From the human T2T-CHM13v2.0 reference genome, Homo sapiens, in assembly GCF_009914755.1 (NCBI RefSeq), contig NC_060947.1: a stretch of DNA of 64,000 bases; one strand, 5' to 3'. The notes under the pieces are model-generated. The model did not search any database. It was not told the DNA's origin and saw only the letters and a list, made by a program, of their open reading frames with translations. A program made the position numbers and the translations under genes. Shown here one piece after another: positions 27,035-47,611 of this stretch (within the stretch, counting starts at the first letter, position 1; the number at the start of each line of letters is the position of its first letter).

Positions 27035-28117
27035 TTGGAAGCTCTATTTTTAGTTTTTTTGAGGCAGATCCAAACCGTTCCCCATAGTGCTTGTACTAAT
27101 TTACATTCCCACCAACAGTGTAAAAGGGTTTCCTTTTCTCCACATCTTTGCCAGAGTTTGTTATTGTCTGAAATTTGGATACAAGCCATTTTAACTGGGG
27201 CGAGATGATATTTCACTGTTGTTTTGATTTGCATTTCTCTGATGATCAATGATTTTGAGCACCTTTTCATATGCCTGTTCACCATTTGTATGTCTTCTTT
27301 TGAGATATATTTATTTAAATCTTTTGCCCATCTATTGATTGGATTATTAGATTTGTTTCTATAGAGTTGTTTGAGCTCCTAATATATCCTGGTGATTAAT
27401 CTCTTGGCAGATGGATAGATTGCAAATATTTTCTCCCATTCTGTGTGTTGTTTCTTCACATTGTTGATTGTATCCTTTGCTGAGCAGACTTTTTAACTTG
27501 CTGTGGTCTTATTTGTCCATTTTTGCTTTGATTGACTGAGCTTGTGGGATATTGCTCAAGAAATTTCTGCCCAGACCATGTCCTAAAGATATTTCCCAAT
27601 GTTTTCTTGTAGTAGTTTCATGATTTGAGGTTCTAGATTTAATGCGTTAATTTATTTTGAGTTGATTTTTGTGTATGGTGAGAGACAAGGGCCTACTTTT
27701 ATTTTTCTGCTTATGGATATATAGTTTTCCCAGCACCATTTATTGAAGAGACTCTCTTTTCCCCAGTGTATGTTTTTGGCACCTTTATGGAAATGAGTTT
27801 GCTGTAGATGTGTGAATTCGTTTCTGGGTTCTGTATTCTGATCCATTGGTCTATGTGTCTGTTTTTATGACAGTACCATGCTGTTTCAGTTACTATAGCT
27901 CTGTAGTAGAGTTTTAAGTCAGCTAATGTAATTCCTCCAGTTTTGTTCTTTTTCTTAAGATAGTTTTAGCTATTCTGGGTATTTTGTGGTTTCATATAAA
28001 TTTTGGGATAGCTTTTTATATTTTTGTGAAGAATGTCATTGGTGTTTTAAGAAGGATTGAATTGAATCTTCAGACTGCTTTGTGTAGTATAAACATTTTA
28101 ACAATATTGATTCTTTC

Positions 28118-29012
28118 TTTTTTTTCTTTTTTTTATTTTATTATTATTACACTTTAAGTTTTAGGGTACATGTGTACAATGTGCAGGTTAGTTACATATG
28201 TATACATGTGCCATGCTGGTGTGCTGCACCCATTAACTCATCATTTAGCATTAGGTATATCTCCTAAAGCTATCCCTCCCCACCCACCACCCCACAACAG
28301 ACAAATTTCAAAGAAATTTACAAGAAAAAAACAAACAACCCCATCAAAAAGTGGGCAAAGGATATGAACAGACACTTCAAAAAAGAAGACATTTATGCAG
28401 CCAAAAAACACATGAAAAAATGCTCACCATCACTGGCATCAGAAAAATGCAAATCAAAACCACAATGAGATACCATCTCACACCAGTTAGAATGGCAATC
28501 ATTAAAAAGTCAGGAAACAACAGGTGCTGGAGAGGATGTGGAGAAATAGGAACACTTTTACACTGTTGGTGGGACTGTAAACTAGTTCAACCATTGTGGA
28601 AGTCAGTGTGGCGATTCCTCAGGGATCTAGAACTAGAAATACCATTTGACCCAGCCATCTCATTACTGGGTATATACCCAAAGGACTATAAATCATGCTG
28701 CTATAAAGACATATGCACACGTATGTTTATTGTGGCACTATTCACAATAGCAAAGACTTGGAACCAACCCAAATGTCCAACAATGACAGACTGGATTAAG
28801 AAAATGTGGCACATATACACCATGGAATACTCTGAAGCCATAAAAAATGATGAGTTCATGACCTTTGTAGGGACATGGATGAAATTGGAAATCATCATTC
28901 TCAGTAAACTATTGCAAGAACAAAAAACCAAACACTGCATATTCTCACTCATAGAGGGGAACTGAACAATGAGAACACATGGACACAGGAAGGGGAACAT
29001 CACACTCTGGGG
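28118..29012 (-). mobile_element. L1PA2/3 insertion with 5' inversion (twin priming)
   Basis: 28118-28300 antisense poly(A)/3' UTR; 28301-29012 sense ORF2 end; 15-bp TSD aatattgattctttc at 28103-28117 and 29013-29027. Confidence 0.95.
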
Positions 29013-30126
29013 AATATTGATTCTTTCAATCCATGAACATGGAAAAGTGTTCCATTTTTTGGTATCCTCTCCAATTTCTTTCATCTGTGTTCTATAGTTT
29101 TTATTATAGAGATGTTTCACTTCTTTGGTTAAGTTAATTCCTAGGTATTTAATTTTATCTGTGGCTATTTTAAATGGGATTCCTTTTTTATTTCTTTTTC
29201 ACATTGTTCACTGTTGGCTTATAGAAATGCTACTTATTTTTGGATGTAGATTTTGTATCCTGCAAGTTTATTAATTTGTTTATCAGTTCCCATGGTTTTT
29301 TTGTTGAGTCCTTAGATTTTTCCAGATACAAAATTATGTCATCTGCAAACAAAGATAATTTTACATCTTCCTTTTCAATTTGGATGCCTTTGTATTTCTT
29401 TTGTCTGATTTCTCCAGCTAGGACTTTCAGTATTATGTTGAATAACAGTGCTAACAGTGGGCATCTTTGTCATGTTCCAAATTGTAAAGGAAAGGCTTTC
29501 AGATTTTGCCATTCAGTATGATACTAGCTGTGGGCCTGTCATATATGGCTTTTATTATTTTGAAGTATGTTCCTTCTATTCCCAGTTTGTTAAAGCTATT
29601 TTATTAAACGCCTTTTCAGTATCAATTGAAATGATCATATAGTTTTTATCCTTCATTCTGTTAATATGATGTGTTTGATTGATTGATTGTGTATGTTGAA
29701 TCATCCTTGAATATCAGTGATATATCTCACTAGGTCATGATGTATAATCCTTCTATGTATTGTTGAATTGTGATTACTAGTATTTTGTTGCACGTTTTTT
29801 CATCAATTTTCATCAGAGACTTTGGCTTGTTGTTTTCTTTTTCTTTTATGCACTACTTGCATAAACAAACACACAAGTAAAAATAAAACTAATAAAAACT
29901 TACCTTAACTTTGTCCCCCACTTTTTAACTTTTTATTGTTTCTATTTATATTCAACTGTACTGACTCTGTCTTGGAAAGTTATTGTAGTTATTATTTTTC
30001 ATTGGTTCATCATTTAGTCTTTCTACTTAGGATAAGAGTAGTTTAATCACCACAGTAAAAGTGTTATAATATTCTGTGTTTTTCTGTGTACTTTCTATTA
30101 TCAGTACGTTTTGTACCTTCAGATAA

Positions 30127-30469
<343 letters not shown>

Positions 30470-30905
30470 CCTTCAGATAATTATTTATTGTTCATTAATG
30501 TCATTTTCTTTCTGATTGAAGTACTCCTTTCAGCATTTCTCCTAGGATGTGTCTGGTATTGATGAAATTTCTCAACATTTGTTTGTCTGGGAAAGTCTTT
30601 ATTTATCCTTTGTGTTTAAAGTGTATTTTCACTGAATATACTATTCTAGAGTAATTTTTTTTTCCTTTAGTACTTTAAATATGTCATGCCACTCTCTCCT
30701 GGCCTGTAAGGTTTCCACTGAAGAGTCTGCTGCCAGATATATTGGAGCTGCATTACATGTTATTCGTTTATTTTCTTTTGCTTCTTTTGCTGCTTTTAGG
30801 ATCCTTTCTTTAACCTTGACCTTTGGGAGTTTGATTACTACATGTTTTGTGGCAGTTTTCTTTGGTTTAAATCTCCTTGGTGTTCTATACCCTTCTTGTA
30901 CTTTG

Positions 30906-31278
30906 TATATTAGTCCGTTCTCACACTGCTATAAAGAAATACCCAAGACTGGGTAATTTATAAAGGAAAGAGGTTTAACTGACTCACTGTGTTGCAAGGT
31001 TGGGGAGGCCTCAGGAAACTTATAATCATGGCAGAAGGAGAAGCAGGCACCTTCTTCACAAGGTGGCAGGAGAGAATATGAGCATGTGAAGGGGAAACTG
31101 TCAAACACTTATAAAACCATCAGATCTTGTGAGAACTCAATCACTATCACAAGAACAGCATGGGGAAAACTGGCTCTCTGATCCAATTACCTCCCACTGG
31201 GCATCTCTCGACACGTGGGGATTATGTGGAATACAATTCAACATGAGATTTGAGTGGGGACACAGCCAAACCATGTCA
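30906..31278 (-). mobile_element. THE1D/MSTA-like solo LTR
   Basis: tattagtccgttctcacactgctataaag...gacacagccaaaccatgtca; TSD ctttg/cttag. Confidence 0.9.
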
Positions 31279-31290
31279 CTTAGTTATTGA

Positions 31291-31590
<300 letters not shown>

Positions 31591-33889
31591 AGATATTGAT
31601 ATCTTTCTCTGGGTTTGGGAAGTTCTCTGTTATTATCTCTTTGAATAAACTTTTTACCCCTGTCTCTTTCTCTACTTCCTCTTTAAGGCCAGTGACTGTT
31701 AGATTTTCCCTTTTGAGGCTATTTTCTAGATCCTGTAGATGTGGTTCATTGTTTTTTATTATTTGCTTATTTTTCCTCCTCTGTGTATTTTCAGATTGCC
31801 TGTCTTCAAGTTCACTAATTCTTCTGCTTGATCAATTCTACTATTAAAGGACTCACTCTGATCCATTTTTCAGTATACCAGTTGCATTTTTCAGCTTCAG
31901 AATAACTGCTTGATTATTTTTAATTATTTCAATTTCTTTGTTAAATTTATCTGATAGAATTCTGAATTCCTTCTTGGTGTTACCTTGAATTTCTGTGAGT
32001 TTCCTCAATACAGCTATTTTGAATTATCACTGTGGTTCTTGCAGACTTGTAGAGGTACCACCTTGAAGCTCTTGGTTAAGATCTGGGGGAATTCTCTGGA
32101 TTATCAGAGGCTCATTATTTTCCCTTACTTTCTCCTAAACACAGAGTCTCTGTCTCTGTTATGAGCCACCTAAAGCTGAGAGTGGAAAACACAAGCATCC
32201 CTGTGGCCACCACCACTCTGACTGCACTGGGTCATACTTGAAGCCAGCACAGCACAAGGTCTTTCCCAAGGCCTACTGTAACCACTCCCTGGCTACTGCC
32301 AATGGCTGTTCAAGGCCTCAGTCCTCTATAATCAGCAGATGGCAAAGCCAGCTAGGTCTGTGTCCTTCCTTTCAGGGTGGTGAGGTCCCCAGGCCCCAGG
32401 TGGGTCCAGAGGTGGTTTTGGGAAGTGAGGGACTACAGTCAAAAACCTTAAAAGCCTACATAGTATTCTATTGTATTGAAGCTGAGCTAACACTCAAGCC
32501 ATAAGATACAGTCCTTCCCACTCTTCCCTCCCCTTTCCAAAGGCAGAGGAGCCTCATCCTGTAGTGACCACCACCCTTGGCCATGAGCAGTACTGCCAGA
32601 CTACTGACAATGTTCCCTTAATATCCAAGGGCTCCTAAGTCAGCTTGTGGTGAATGCTACCTGGTCTGGAATGCACTGTTCAGGGTAGTGGGCTCCCCTC
32701 TGGCTCAGAGCAGGTCCCAAAATGCCTTTCAAGAGTCTAGTCCTGGAATTGGGTGCCCCAAGTGCCTGCTTGGTGCTCTACCCTTCTGTGGCAGTGTTCA
32801 TACCTAAGGTACAAGACAAAGCTCCCTTTACTTTTCCCTCTGGTTTTCTGAAGCAGTTTTGTCTCGTAGCCACCACAGCTGGTAATGTACTGAGTCTCAC
32901 TTAAAGCCAGCAAGCCTCAGACACTCACCAAAGCCCTCGGTGTAGTACCTAGTTATTGCTGCTGGCTATTCAGGGCCCAAGGGCTCTTCAGTTAGCAGGC
33001 AGATGATGAATGCTGGCAGGACTGGGTTATTTCCTTCAAGGCTGCTGCTTCCCTTCTGGCCCAAGGTGTCTAGGAATGTCATCTGGGAGCTAGGGTCTGG
33101 AAAATGGACCTCATGACCCTGACCACTGCCCTATCTTGCTGTGGCTGAGCTGGTATCCAAAATGCAAAACAAAGTCTTCCCCATTCTTCCTCACCTCTCC
33201 TCAAGCAGAAGGAAGGGGCTTTTTTTGGAGCCTCAAGCTGTATGGTCTAGGCTTAGGGGAGGGGTGATGCCAGCATTCGCTTGGCTGTCCCAGCTGCTGT
33301 CTCTGTATGTTTCATGTTCTCCAAGTCTACTGTCTCTGGGACTTGTTCAACCACAGGACTCATCTATGAGTTGCAGTTCTTATGGCCTAGATACCTTTTT
33401 AAGTTTACTTTCAGACGGAAACAACTTTGGCCCTTGGTGGAAAGTTTTGAGAGCACTCAAGTTTCAGACAGCTAGGAATGATTCTTCTCTGGCTTGGGGT
33501 GGTTTAAAAGGTCTCCCTGTGGCTGTGCATCAGCTGAGTTTGGTCTGGTTTTCCTGTGTGCTCTAACAGGACAGCATTGAGTTCAATGCCTCACAATTGC
33601 TGTCTTCTCACTCCCTCAGTGTCCAGAGAGGCTCTCAGCACCATTCTGATGCTACAGGGGCTGGCAGAGGTGTGGCATCAGCAATTTAAGATTGTTTTCT
33701 TTATCTCTTCTATGCCTCTTTCAGGGATATGAAGTTAAAACAAAGTACTATGAGTGTTCACCTGGTTTTTTTGACTCTTACGAAGTTTTTTTCCATGTAG
33801 ATAGTTGTTAACTTGGTGTCCTTGCAGCAGGGGACAATCAGCGGAGCTTTCCATTTCACCATCTTGCTCCACCTCCTTCCTCTGGCCAT

Positions 33890-34075
33890 GTTAAGTTTGT
33901 ATATCAATTTGATAGCAAGTGGAAATGTCAAGTGGACAATTGGGTACAGCAGTTTGACGACAAGAGGAGAGATACCGGCTGGGTATATTAATCTGGTAGT
34001 CATCAAAGTATAAATGATGTTTAAAACCATAAGACTATATGAGATTACCCAGAAAGAGTATAGGTGGAAGAAGTT
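33890..34075 (-). mobile_element. L2 fragment
   Basis: caagtggaaatgtcaagt...gtcatcaaagtataaatgatgtttaaaaccat. Confidence 0.7.
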
Positions 34076-34562
34076 TATCAGATATTATTTTATTCTAACA
34101 CTACAGCTGTTACTGCCCTACTTTTCACAAGATCTCCATACTCCTTGATTCTGGCTCATCTGCTTCATAATTCCACTGACTGACACCTTGACACCAAACT
34201 TTTCCCCAACTTTGCCTACTGAGCTCAGATAACTACTGCGAATTCTGTCTCAGTAAGACTTACTTAGTGAAGCACTGAGTTGTGGGCTGATTCTTTCTAC
34301 CAATTGCCATTGATTTCTCCACTCTGAGATACCTCTTTTGAATTTAGAGACAGCTGCATATGTTCTACAATGGAATTTCCAATTCACACAGCAAAAACAA
34401 AAGTACTATAGCAGTAGACATTCAATAACCATTTATCGAATGAAATATAAATACACAAAATAGAAGGCTATAGAAATAGGCAGTCATATGTTTCACTCTC
34501 TTGATTTCTGGACTTGTCTAGGATCAACAGCATTATTTTAATGATCAGGGCTTGATAATTAC

Positions 34563-34844
34563 CAGGAATTTTAGAACATATTAAAAAATTATCCCAATGC
34601 TTTATCATCTATGAACGCATTCTCATTTGGTTCATATAATATAAATTAAATGTTAAGATTGGCAGTAAACTCTCCATTTGCACTGTGGAAGCAGATTGCC
34701 ATTCACACTACCATCCATTTTTCCATATTATGGAGGCTTCGTAAAGGTACAAAATTGCCACATATCAATGCTTTTTTTCTCTTTTCTTTCTCAATGACAC
34801 ATTTTATCAAGGCAATTTAGAAGTGGCCATGTTGAGTCCATTAG
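34563..34844 (-). pseudogene. Fossil exon: CTLD N-terminal half
   Basis: Acceptor tttttctttgatattatatacttcag, donor CTG|gtaatt. EKKH*YV (TGA at the Cys of HCY), IIWKNG, then shifted ANLNI*FILYEPNENAFI. Confidence 0.55.
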
Positions 34845-35641
34845 CTGAAGTATATAATATCAAAGAAAAAACAATCCTAAGTGCCAAAAATGTTTTGTCA
34901 ATAAAGATTGCCTGGCTGTTGCATAACATTTTACTCCCATATATAAATAGAAGACAAGTATGCAAAAACCAATGGGCTCTATTCTCACATTATTTCTTTC
35001 TTATTAAATAGAATAATAAGTAATTGGATTAGTTGATCAACTTGGTAAAATTAAGCTAAGAGCATTATAAGTGTATGTATGAACAAAAATTAACAAGCCA
35101 TAATAGAAATTATTAAAATCCACACTTGTGGGTATCCCACAAAAGCTTTTTTTCTCAAATAGACAAACACACTGCAGTGAACTGAAAGTATTGTTCAGAG
35201 ATAATTTTCATTAGATTGGAAAATGTTAGAACTGGAAAGGATCATAAAACTTGCCCCTGGCTGAGAAAGTCTTCTCCCAAACAATATACTATTAAAATAG
35301 CAGACCAAGGCATAGAGTTCAGACTTCTGGACCCTGTATCAGTACTCTTTCTACTACACTATATTGTCTCCTCTCTAAGAAATAAAGAATTGCTGTTTGT
35401 GATGAGTTCACAGTACTCAATTTTTGCAAATATTAGAAAATTTAATTTCTTAATTATAGACAACAAATGCATGGGTGCACAATTCTTATTAGAAAAATGG
35501 CTCAACAGATGGCATTCTGCCTCATAGAGTATATGATGTACTTTAGTTACTAAAATGTGTAAATGGTACAGTAGGCTATAATCTAAATTGTCAATTATGC
35601 TTTGAGCCATGATGTAGATGTGTTTAAAAAGAAAACATAAG

Positions 35642-41784
<6,143 letters not shown>

Positions 41785-42084
41785 AAAAAGAAAACATAAG
41801 ATGTCAATGTAATGAGATTATGGGCTTTTTTGTTATTTTGTTTTGTTTTGTTTAAGTATCCTTATGAAGTCATGCATTTTAACGTATTTGATGCATATCT
41901 ATTCACTTCTTGTTATTTTTCATAGTGTTGCTCAAATTCCTTTAATCTGGCTAGTAGGGAGTTTAAGTTGACTCAAAGAAGTTTTCAAACTTGACATAGT
42001 ATTCTCTCTCTCTCTCTGTTTCTTTTTTTTTTGTTTTGCTTTGTTTTGTTTTTGTAAAAACATTGATTTCACTTATTCATTGTG

Positions 42085-42305
42085 TCTGAAATAATCAATC
42101 TCAGAAACAGAATGTAGAGTGGTGGTTTCAAGGGACGGGTAGGAGGGTATATGAGGAGTTGTAATTGAATAGGAATAGCATTTTAGCTATGCAAAATCGG
42201 TAAATTCTAGAGAACTGCTATAGAACATTGTGCCTATAGTTAACAATACTGTATTGTACTCTTAAAAATATGAAAGGGTAGATTCATGTTAAATGTTCTT
42301 ACTTT
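42085..42305 (+). mobile_element. L1MA9/MB-type 3' fragment
   Basis: gtagagtggtggttt...ctatagttaacaatactgtattgtac. Confidence 0.7.
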
Positions 42306-45004
42306 TTGAATTCTTGACCTGGAGCACAAAGTAAAGGGAGAGAAGGATTGTGGGTATATGCATATGAACTGCAGAAGGATACTGTAGTTGTTTGCAGTTG
42401 AATCCTGATTAGACTAACACTGAGGCAAGAGACCTATGCTCAATAATAACTGGCAACATTCTCACCTGGAAGCATTATAGTAGTATGTGGTAATCACATT
42501 GGTAACTCTGATCTTTAAGAGCCCACGGCCTGAGCTAGGCATAGTGCCTCTATGTCTTTTAGTACTCCAGCATCATCTACTTGCCAGATATATCCATTGA
42601 GAAGATCCACTTACACTTAAAATACATTCCTAGAATCCATTTTTAATCTCCCCATACCATGCTTCTAAACTAGTATACATTCCCAAGGTGTCTGTTTTTA
42701 TCTGTGACATCTTCTCATCACCCAAACTTGAAAACTTGGAGATGCTGTTAACACTACCTGTTCCTTCCCTGCCACTATCCCTCCTACAGCATACAGAGTG
42801 ACCGAGTCCTATCTATTCTTCTTTCAAAATGTACCTGAAATTCATTCTTTCCTTTTTTCTTGACACTTATATCCTAGGTAACATTTTTAAATCAATTCAT
42901 GATTGAATTATGGCAATATAATTCTAAATTATCTCCTAATCACCTGTCTCTTTGCTCTATATATCCACCATACTGCATCAGATTTAATCTTCCCTGCTTT
43001 CATCATGTCACAGTGCCTTACACATAGTTGGCTCTCAAGAAGTAATTACCGAATAAATTACTATTCAAACCTGATTGAAAACCTACGTTGATTGCTCTCC
43101 CGATTGTCAGAAGAATTTTAAAGTCCTCCAAAATGTGGTTCCTTTCTATTTCTCTCCAAGAAGATGAATCTGATCCGGTCGTGTTGTGTTGGTTTTCTCA
43201 TTGAACACACGTCAACTCTCACCACTCTTTTCTTCCTTTTTGGGGCACCTTCTCTTGCTATTACAACTGTCCAAATTTTACACATTTCTCAATGCTCAAC
43301 TCAGCTATAATTTCTCCTTTAAGCCTTTCCCAATTACTAAAGCTCATAAAAGGGTTTTCCATGTCTCTGATTTCCTAAAACCAGAATTTTACACCTCCTC
43401 ATATTATTATTTCATATTTGTAAACTGTTTATGTTTATGACCTTTGTCCAACCACAACTGATGTCTTGATGTCACGGACCTTGGACATGTCTTAGAGGCA
43501 GAAACTTTGGACTTCCATGAGTCTTAGTTTTCTCATCAGAAAACTGAAGTTAACTGTACTTATATCACAGAGTTTTTAGGAAAATCCTCTAGCAGAGTGC
43601 CTAGCACATAATAGATGTTTAACAATGCTACTTTATTTTCTGTGTGTCACTTTATACAGCCTAGGAAATGGCCTTGCACATAGTAGTTACTCAGCAAGTT
43701 CTGACTGAACTGAACATAGAGACCCATAGAATAGTACAAGTCATTTCCTTATTGTTAGTTATGCCACTGCTGGTGATAGAGGGTATATTTGTGAGAATGT
43801 TTGCTAAAAGAGAGGAGGAGAAAGAAGTCTGAAAAAAAGGTGAAACTGAGAACACACCTCTGAGTTACAATGCCCCACTTAAACTCAAGTCATTCAAGAT
43901 GGTTTTGGGAGGGGTAAGAAAACCAAAAAAGGAAAGTTGTCATATGGAACAATAAGGATTCATTGTGTTGAATTACTATTTGTTTAGGTAGAAAAAACCC
44001 AGGTGAATATGGCTTATTAAAACATGATACAATAATACCTCTCCAACTTTGTCAAACACATAAACCTTTTTTATAACAGCAGTTTAAGAAGTAGCACAGA
44101 ATATCCTTACATTTGCAAAGGGCCCAGGGCCCAGGGAAAGAAGTTATCTGAAGTAAAACTAAGTGAGAAAGACTGGATTTTTATTCCTGAAGAGTTATTG
44201 GAGACTCCAGACACATGCACACACACACACTCACACACACACACACATAAACAAATAGGAATTGACAAAGTCTTCCTAGATGTTAAATGTAGGCATTTCT
44301 TGGCAATGATGTAGGTAGTTAGGGTTGGGTGATAGCATTAAATATCTCAAAAGGCCACAATTATCTTTTCAGGTCATTTCATATGGTTATTAGTATAACA
44401 CTATATGGGTATTCAAAAGTAATAGTAAAAATAATACTCATCAAAATTTCCGTATAACAGTTTTTTTTAAATTCAAAGTGCTTTCACGTACATTCAGGCT
44501 CAACTGAGCACTTAATTCAATTATGAGCAACTTTTACATCACCATATGTGTTCACATACATTTTTCTATGTTCCCACAGTACTTTGTATGATATGTAGAT
44601 TTATTGTCTGTATGTGCAGATGAGAAAACTTGAGAGTCAGAGAAACTATAACTTTCCAGAACTTCATGGACAGTTAGTGGCAGAAATAGAACGAAAATGT
44701 TTGATTTGTAATCCCAACCACTCCCTGTTATCCAATTTACAAAGACAACTTCAGTAAAACTCTTAATAAATCCCTTTCTTATGAATTTCTGACAGTTGAA
44801 ATTTAACTTGTCAAAAAAGAAATTCGCTTTGCCCCCCAGACAGCACTCTGACTTTTAACACCATTGACACCATCAACACCATCATTCACCTGTTATATTA
44901 GATTGACAGCCTTAAAATTATTTTTCATTCCTTTTCCTCATTGCTCTTGTCTGACATATCTAATCTAAATCCTGATGAGTCTTCATTCACATATACATCA
45001 AAGT

Positions 45005-45235
45005 TACCATTTTTCCTTTATAAACCTCAAGTTTTTAAAATCTATTTAAATAATGGCAGTCATTTTTAGGTTCTCTGAATTTCTTGCTATATTTAACACT
45101 CTAGGATTCAAAGAAATATGTGAAGATGTGAATAGTTATTATTTCCAGTTGTGTAATTACTTCCATTATTCCATAAGCTGGCAAATTCATCCGGTTAGGA
45201 AAATGTGGGCTAGTATATAAATCAGGTTTTCACTA
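45005..45235 (-). pseudogene. Fossil exon: CTLD N-terminal half (weak)
   Basis: ENLIY, then after a frameshift SLWNNGSNYTTGNNNYSHLHIF (W-x2-A-x3-C and SHL positions); upstream pyrimidine tract at about 45245-45280. Confidence 0.4.
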
Positions 45236-45547
45236 ATTATTTCAGTGTCAGGGAGGAAAATGAAAGGTGTAAAATAGATAACAGGTTTTGCTTATTTTTA
45301 TATCTTTGTGCTCTATTTTTTTCATTTTATTTTTCATTTATTCACACAAGCATGAATCACTGTTGCAATTTGATAAAATAAAAATATTATTAAAAACAAA
45401 TTCACTCATACCTTCATGAGGTATTTTCAAGCACCTACAAAACCCTGTAATATATAGTGGTGAACAAGACGATATGGCCCTTTTTTATGTAACTTACAGC
45501 AGTAATAAATTCTCTGAAGAAGTATAATAGAGACCCCTGACATAAGC

Positions 45548-45729
45548 AGTGTTTCCCATAGTATGGTCTGGAGATTACTCGCATCAGAGCCACCTAGGCA
45601 CTTGAATTTGGATTCCTAGGTCCCATCAAAAAATTACTGAATCAAAAAATCTGAGGATGAAGCCTGGGATTCTCAAGTTATAACAAGTACCCCAGTGATT
45701 CTTCTGCACTCTATAGTTTGAGGACTCCT
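45548..45729. mobile_element. MER5A/B (hAT-Charlie MITE)
   Basis: cagtgtttccca...gcatcagagccacct...actgaatca...tagtttgaggact. Confidence 0.75.
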
Positions 45730-45889
45730 CTTGTAGAGTGTGGACTACTCTTAAATTTTCTTATTTTTGCTTATCAGTATTTCTTGTAGTGTTTTCAGTG
45801 AATATGTAATACTTAAGAAAAGAACTATTAAAATAATTTAAGACAGCTCTGGCAAGTCAACAGATATCAGTAGAGTAATCTGGGTGTGA

Positions 45890-46255
45890 ATGGATGTGCA
45901 GAGGCTAAAAATATTCATCTCATAGAAGTAGAGACTAGAATAATGGTTACTAGAGGCTGGGAAGGGTACATGGGATAGGGAAAGATTAGTTAAAGGATAC
46001 AACATTACATCTGGATAGGAGGTATAAGTTCTAGTGTTGTATAGCACTGTAGGGTGACTATAATAAAAATCATTTATTATATGTTTTAAGTAGCTAGAAA
46101 AGAGGATTTTGAATGTTCACAACATAAACCAATGATAAGTGATTGAGGTGATAAACATGTTAACTAACCTGATTTGATCACTATACATTGTATGTATTGA
46201 AACTTACTATACACCCCATAAATATATACAATTATCATTTGTCAATTAAAAACAT
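45890..46255 (+). mobile_element. L1MA4/5-like 3' end
   Basis: ctcatagaagtagaga..ggttactagaggctgggaaggg..gtcaattaaaa. Confidence 0.85.
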
Positions 46256-46799
46256 AAGAAACGCTTCTTAAACATAAAGAGTTAGAAGCTAGGTTTTGAA
46301 AGATGTGGTTCCAATGGATCAGCAGAGAAAATATTCCAAAAATGAAGCACAGATTCTGTTAAGAAAAACATGGAGACACTAGTAAACAAAATATAATAAT
46401 GAAGCAAATCTGGCCAGAACAGAGAGTTATGTTCAGAAGGAATATGATGAGGTTAATGCAAATATGGTAACATGTTAAGGAATGGTCATGTTTACTGAAT
46501 GGAGGAATTTTGATTTGATTTACAAGTCAATTAATGGATATCCTTGACCAGTGGCAGGTGGAATCATGCAAATAAAGCTTTGGGAAGATTTGTTTGGTAG
46601 TGTGACACAGGACAGAGAAAAAAGAATAAATAGCAAAATAAAGGATAGCAAGAAGACTGGTGGAATGATGGAAATATAATGAGATTAGGTTCTGAACTAT
46701 GATGATGACTGTGAAGCATGTATTGAATAAAGGTTTAGGAATAGTCAATGACAAATTTTTTAAAACTGAAGCTTTTTGTTGTGTTTATTTTCCATCCTT

Positions 46800-47081
46800 T
46801 CCTATTCTTTCTTAATAGACATGGAGTTTTGATTTTAGACTAGAGGACAGTGCCTTCAATTGGGGTACTTGGCTTTTTCAGATATATAATGATCTGACTG
46901 GCCATGTTTAAGGATTGATCCCTTTTGGGCTTTTAGCCTATATATTGGAAATTGTTTAGTAAGAAGACATTTGTTCTCTTTAAATGTCAGACCAACAAAA
47001 GAGCCTTTGTCCACCTAACCTGTTTTTTAGTTATGAGATCCCAAAGCAAGCTCTTACATAGCATTACCTCACAGGTTTGTG
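46800..47081 (-). pseudogene. Fossil exon: CTLD (N-terminal and middle)
   Basis: Pyrimidine tract ending in tatac (possibly AG>AC). QTCEVMLCKSLLWDLITKKQVRWTKALLLV*HLKRTNVFLLNNF, then shifted TWPVRSLYI*KSQVP and RHCPLV. Confidence 0.5.
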
Positions 47082-47134
47082 GTATAGTAAAAACATGGGA
47101 AGAGAAAACTTTCATTAGTATTCAGATAATTGTA

Positions 47135-47320
47135 TAATATCAAAGCTGAAGAGGTCCATGGTAATTATCCAGTCCCGCTATTTCATTTTGCCAATAAAGA
47201 ATTTGAAGCTCAGAGAAGTTAAGTAATTAAATCTGCATTATCTAATAAATCAGTGTCAGAGTCTGAAACAGAACCCAGAGTTCTGACTCTCAGTCTTCGT
47301 CCTCTTCTGCTACACCATCT
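47135..47320 (-). mobile_element. MIR
   Basis: gaagctcagagaagttaagtaatt...agaacccagagttctgactc. Confidence 0.7.
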
Positions 47321-47411
47321 TGCCCCCTGACATCATTGCATAATTTTATCTCTGGCCAATCATCTTGATTATCACAATCTTTGCCCTTGAAAAAAATCCT
47401 GATCTGTTAAC

Positions 47412-47611
47412 CTGGCAGGTGCTCTCCCATAAGCATAGTCAAGTGGTGTCACAATTGCTGTTTACACTAATCATAATGTACTATTCCCAGGAGAAACTTA
47501 TACATAAAATGTGAAGTACTCTGTCTCCATATTCTCAGTTTTAACCTGACACACCCTCCTCCACCAATCAAATAATACTCCCAAAGTTCCATTGGAACTT
47601 CTGGACTGTAG
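47412..47611 (-). pseudogene. Fossil exon: CTLD C-terminal half
   Basis: Strong acceptor ttttctcatgtattttatag. Single frame TVQKFQWNFGSII*LVEEGVSG*N*EYGDRVLHILCISFSWE*YIMISVNSNCDTT*LCLWE: FQW..GS and C-x7-(C>W, TGG)E. Confidence 0.7.

Noticed and set aside
46830-46940. Possible tRNA-derived MamSINE1 fragment
   Set aside because: Similarity is very weak and the segment fits the CTLD reading better; unresolved without alignment.
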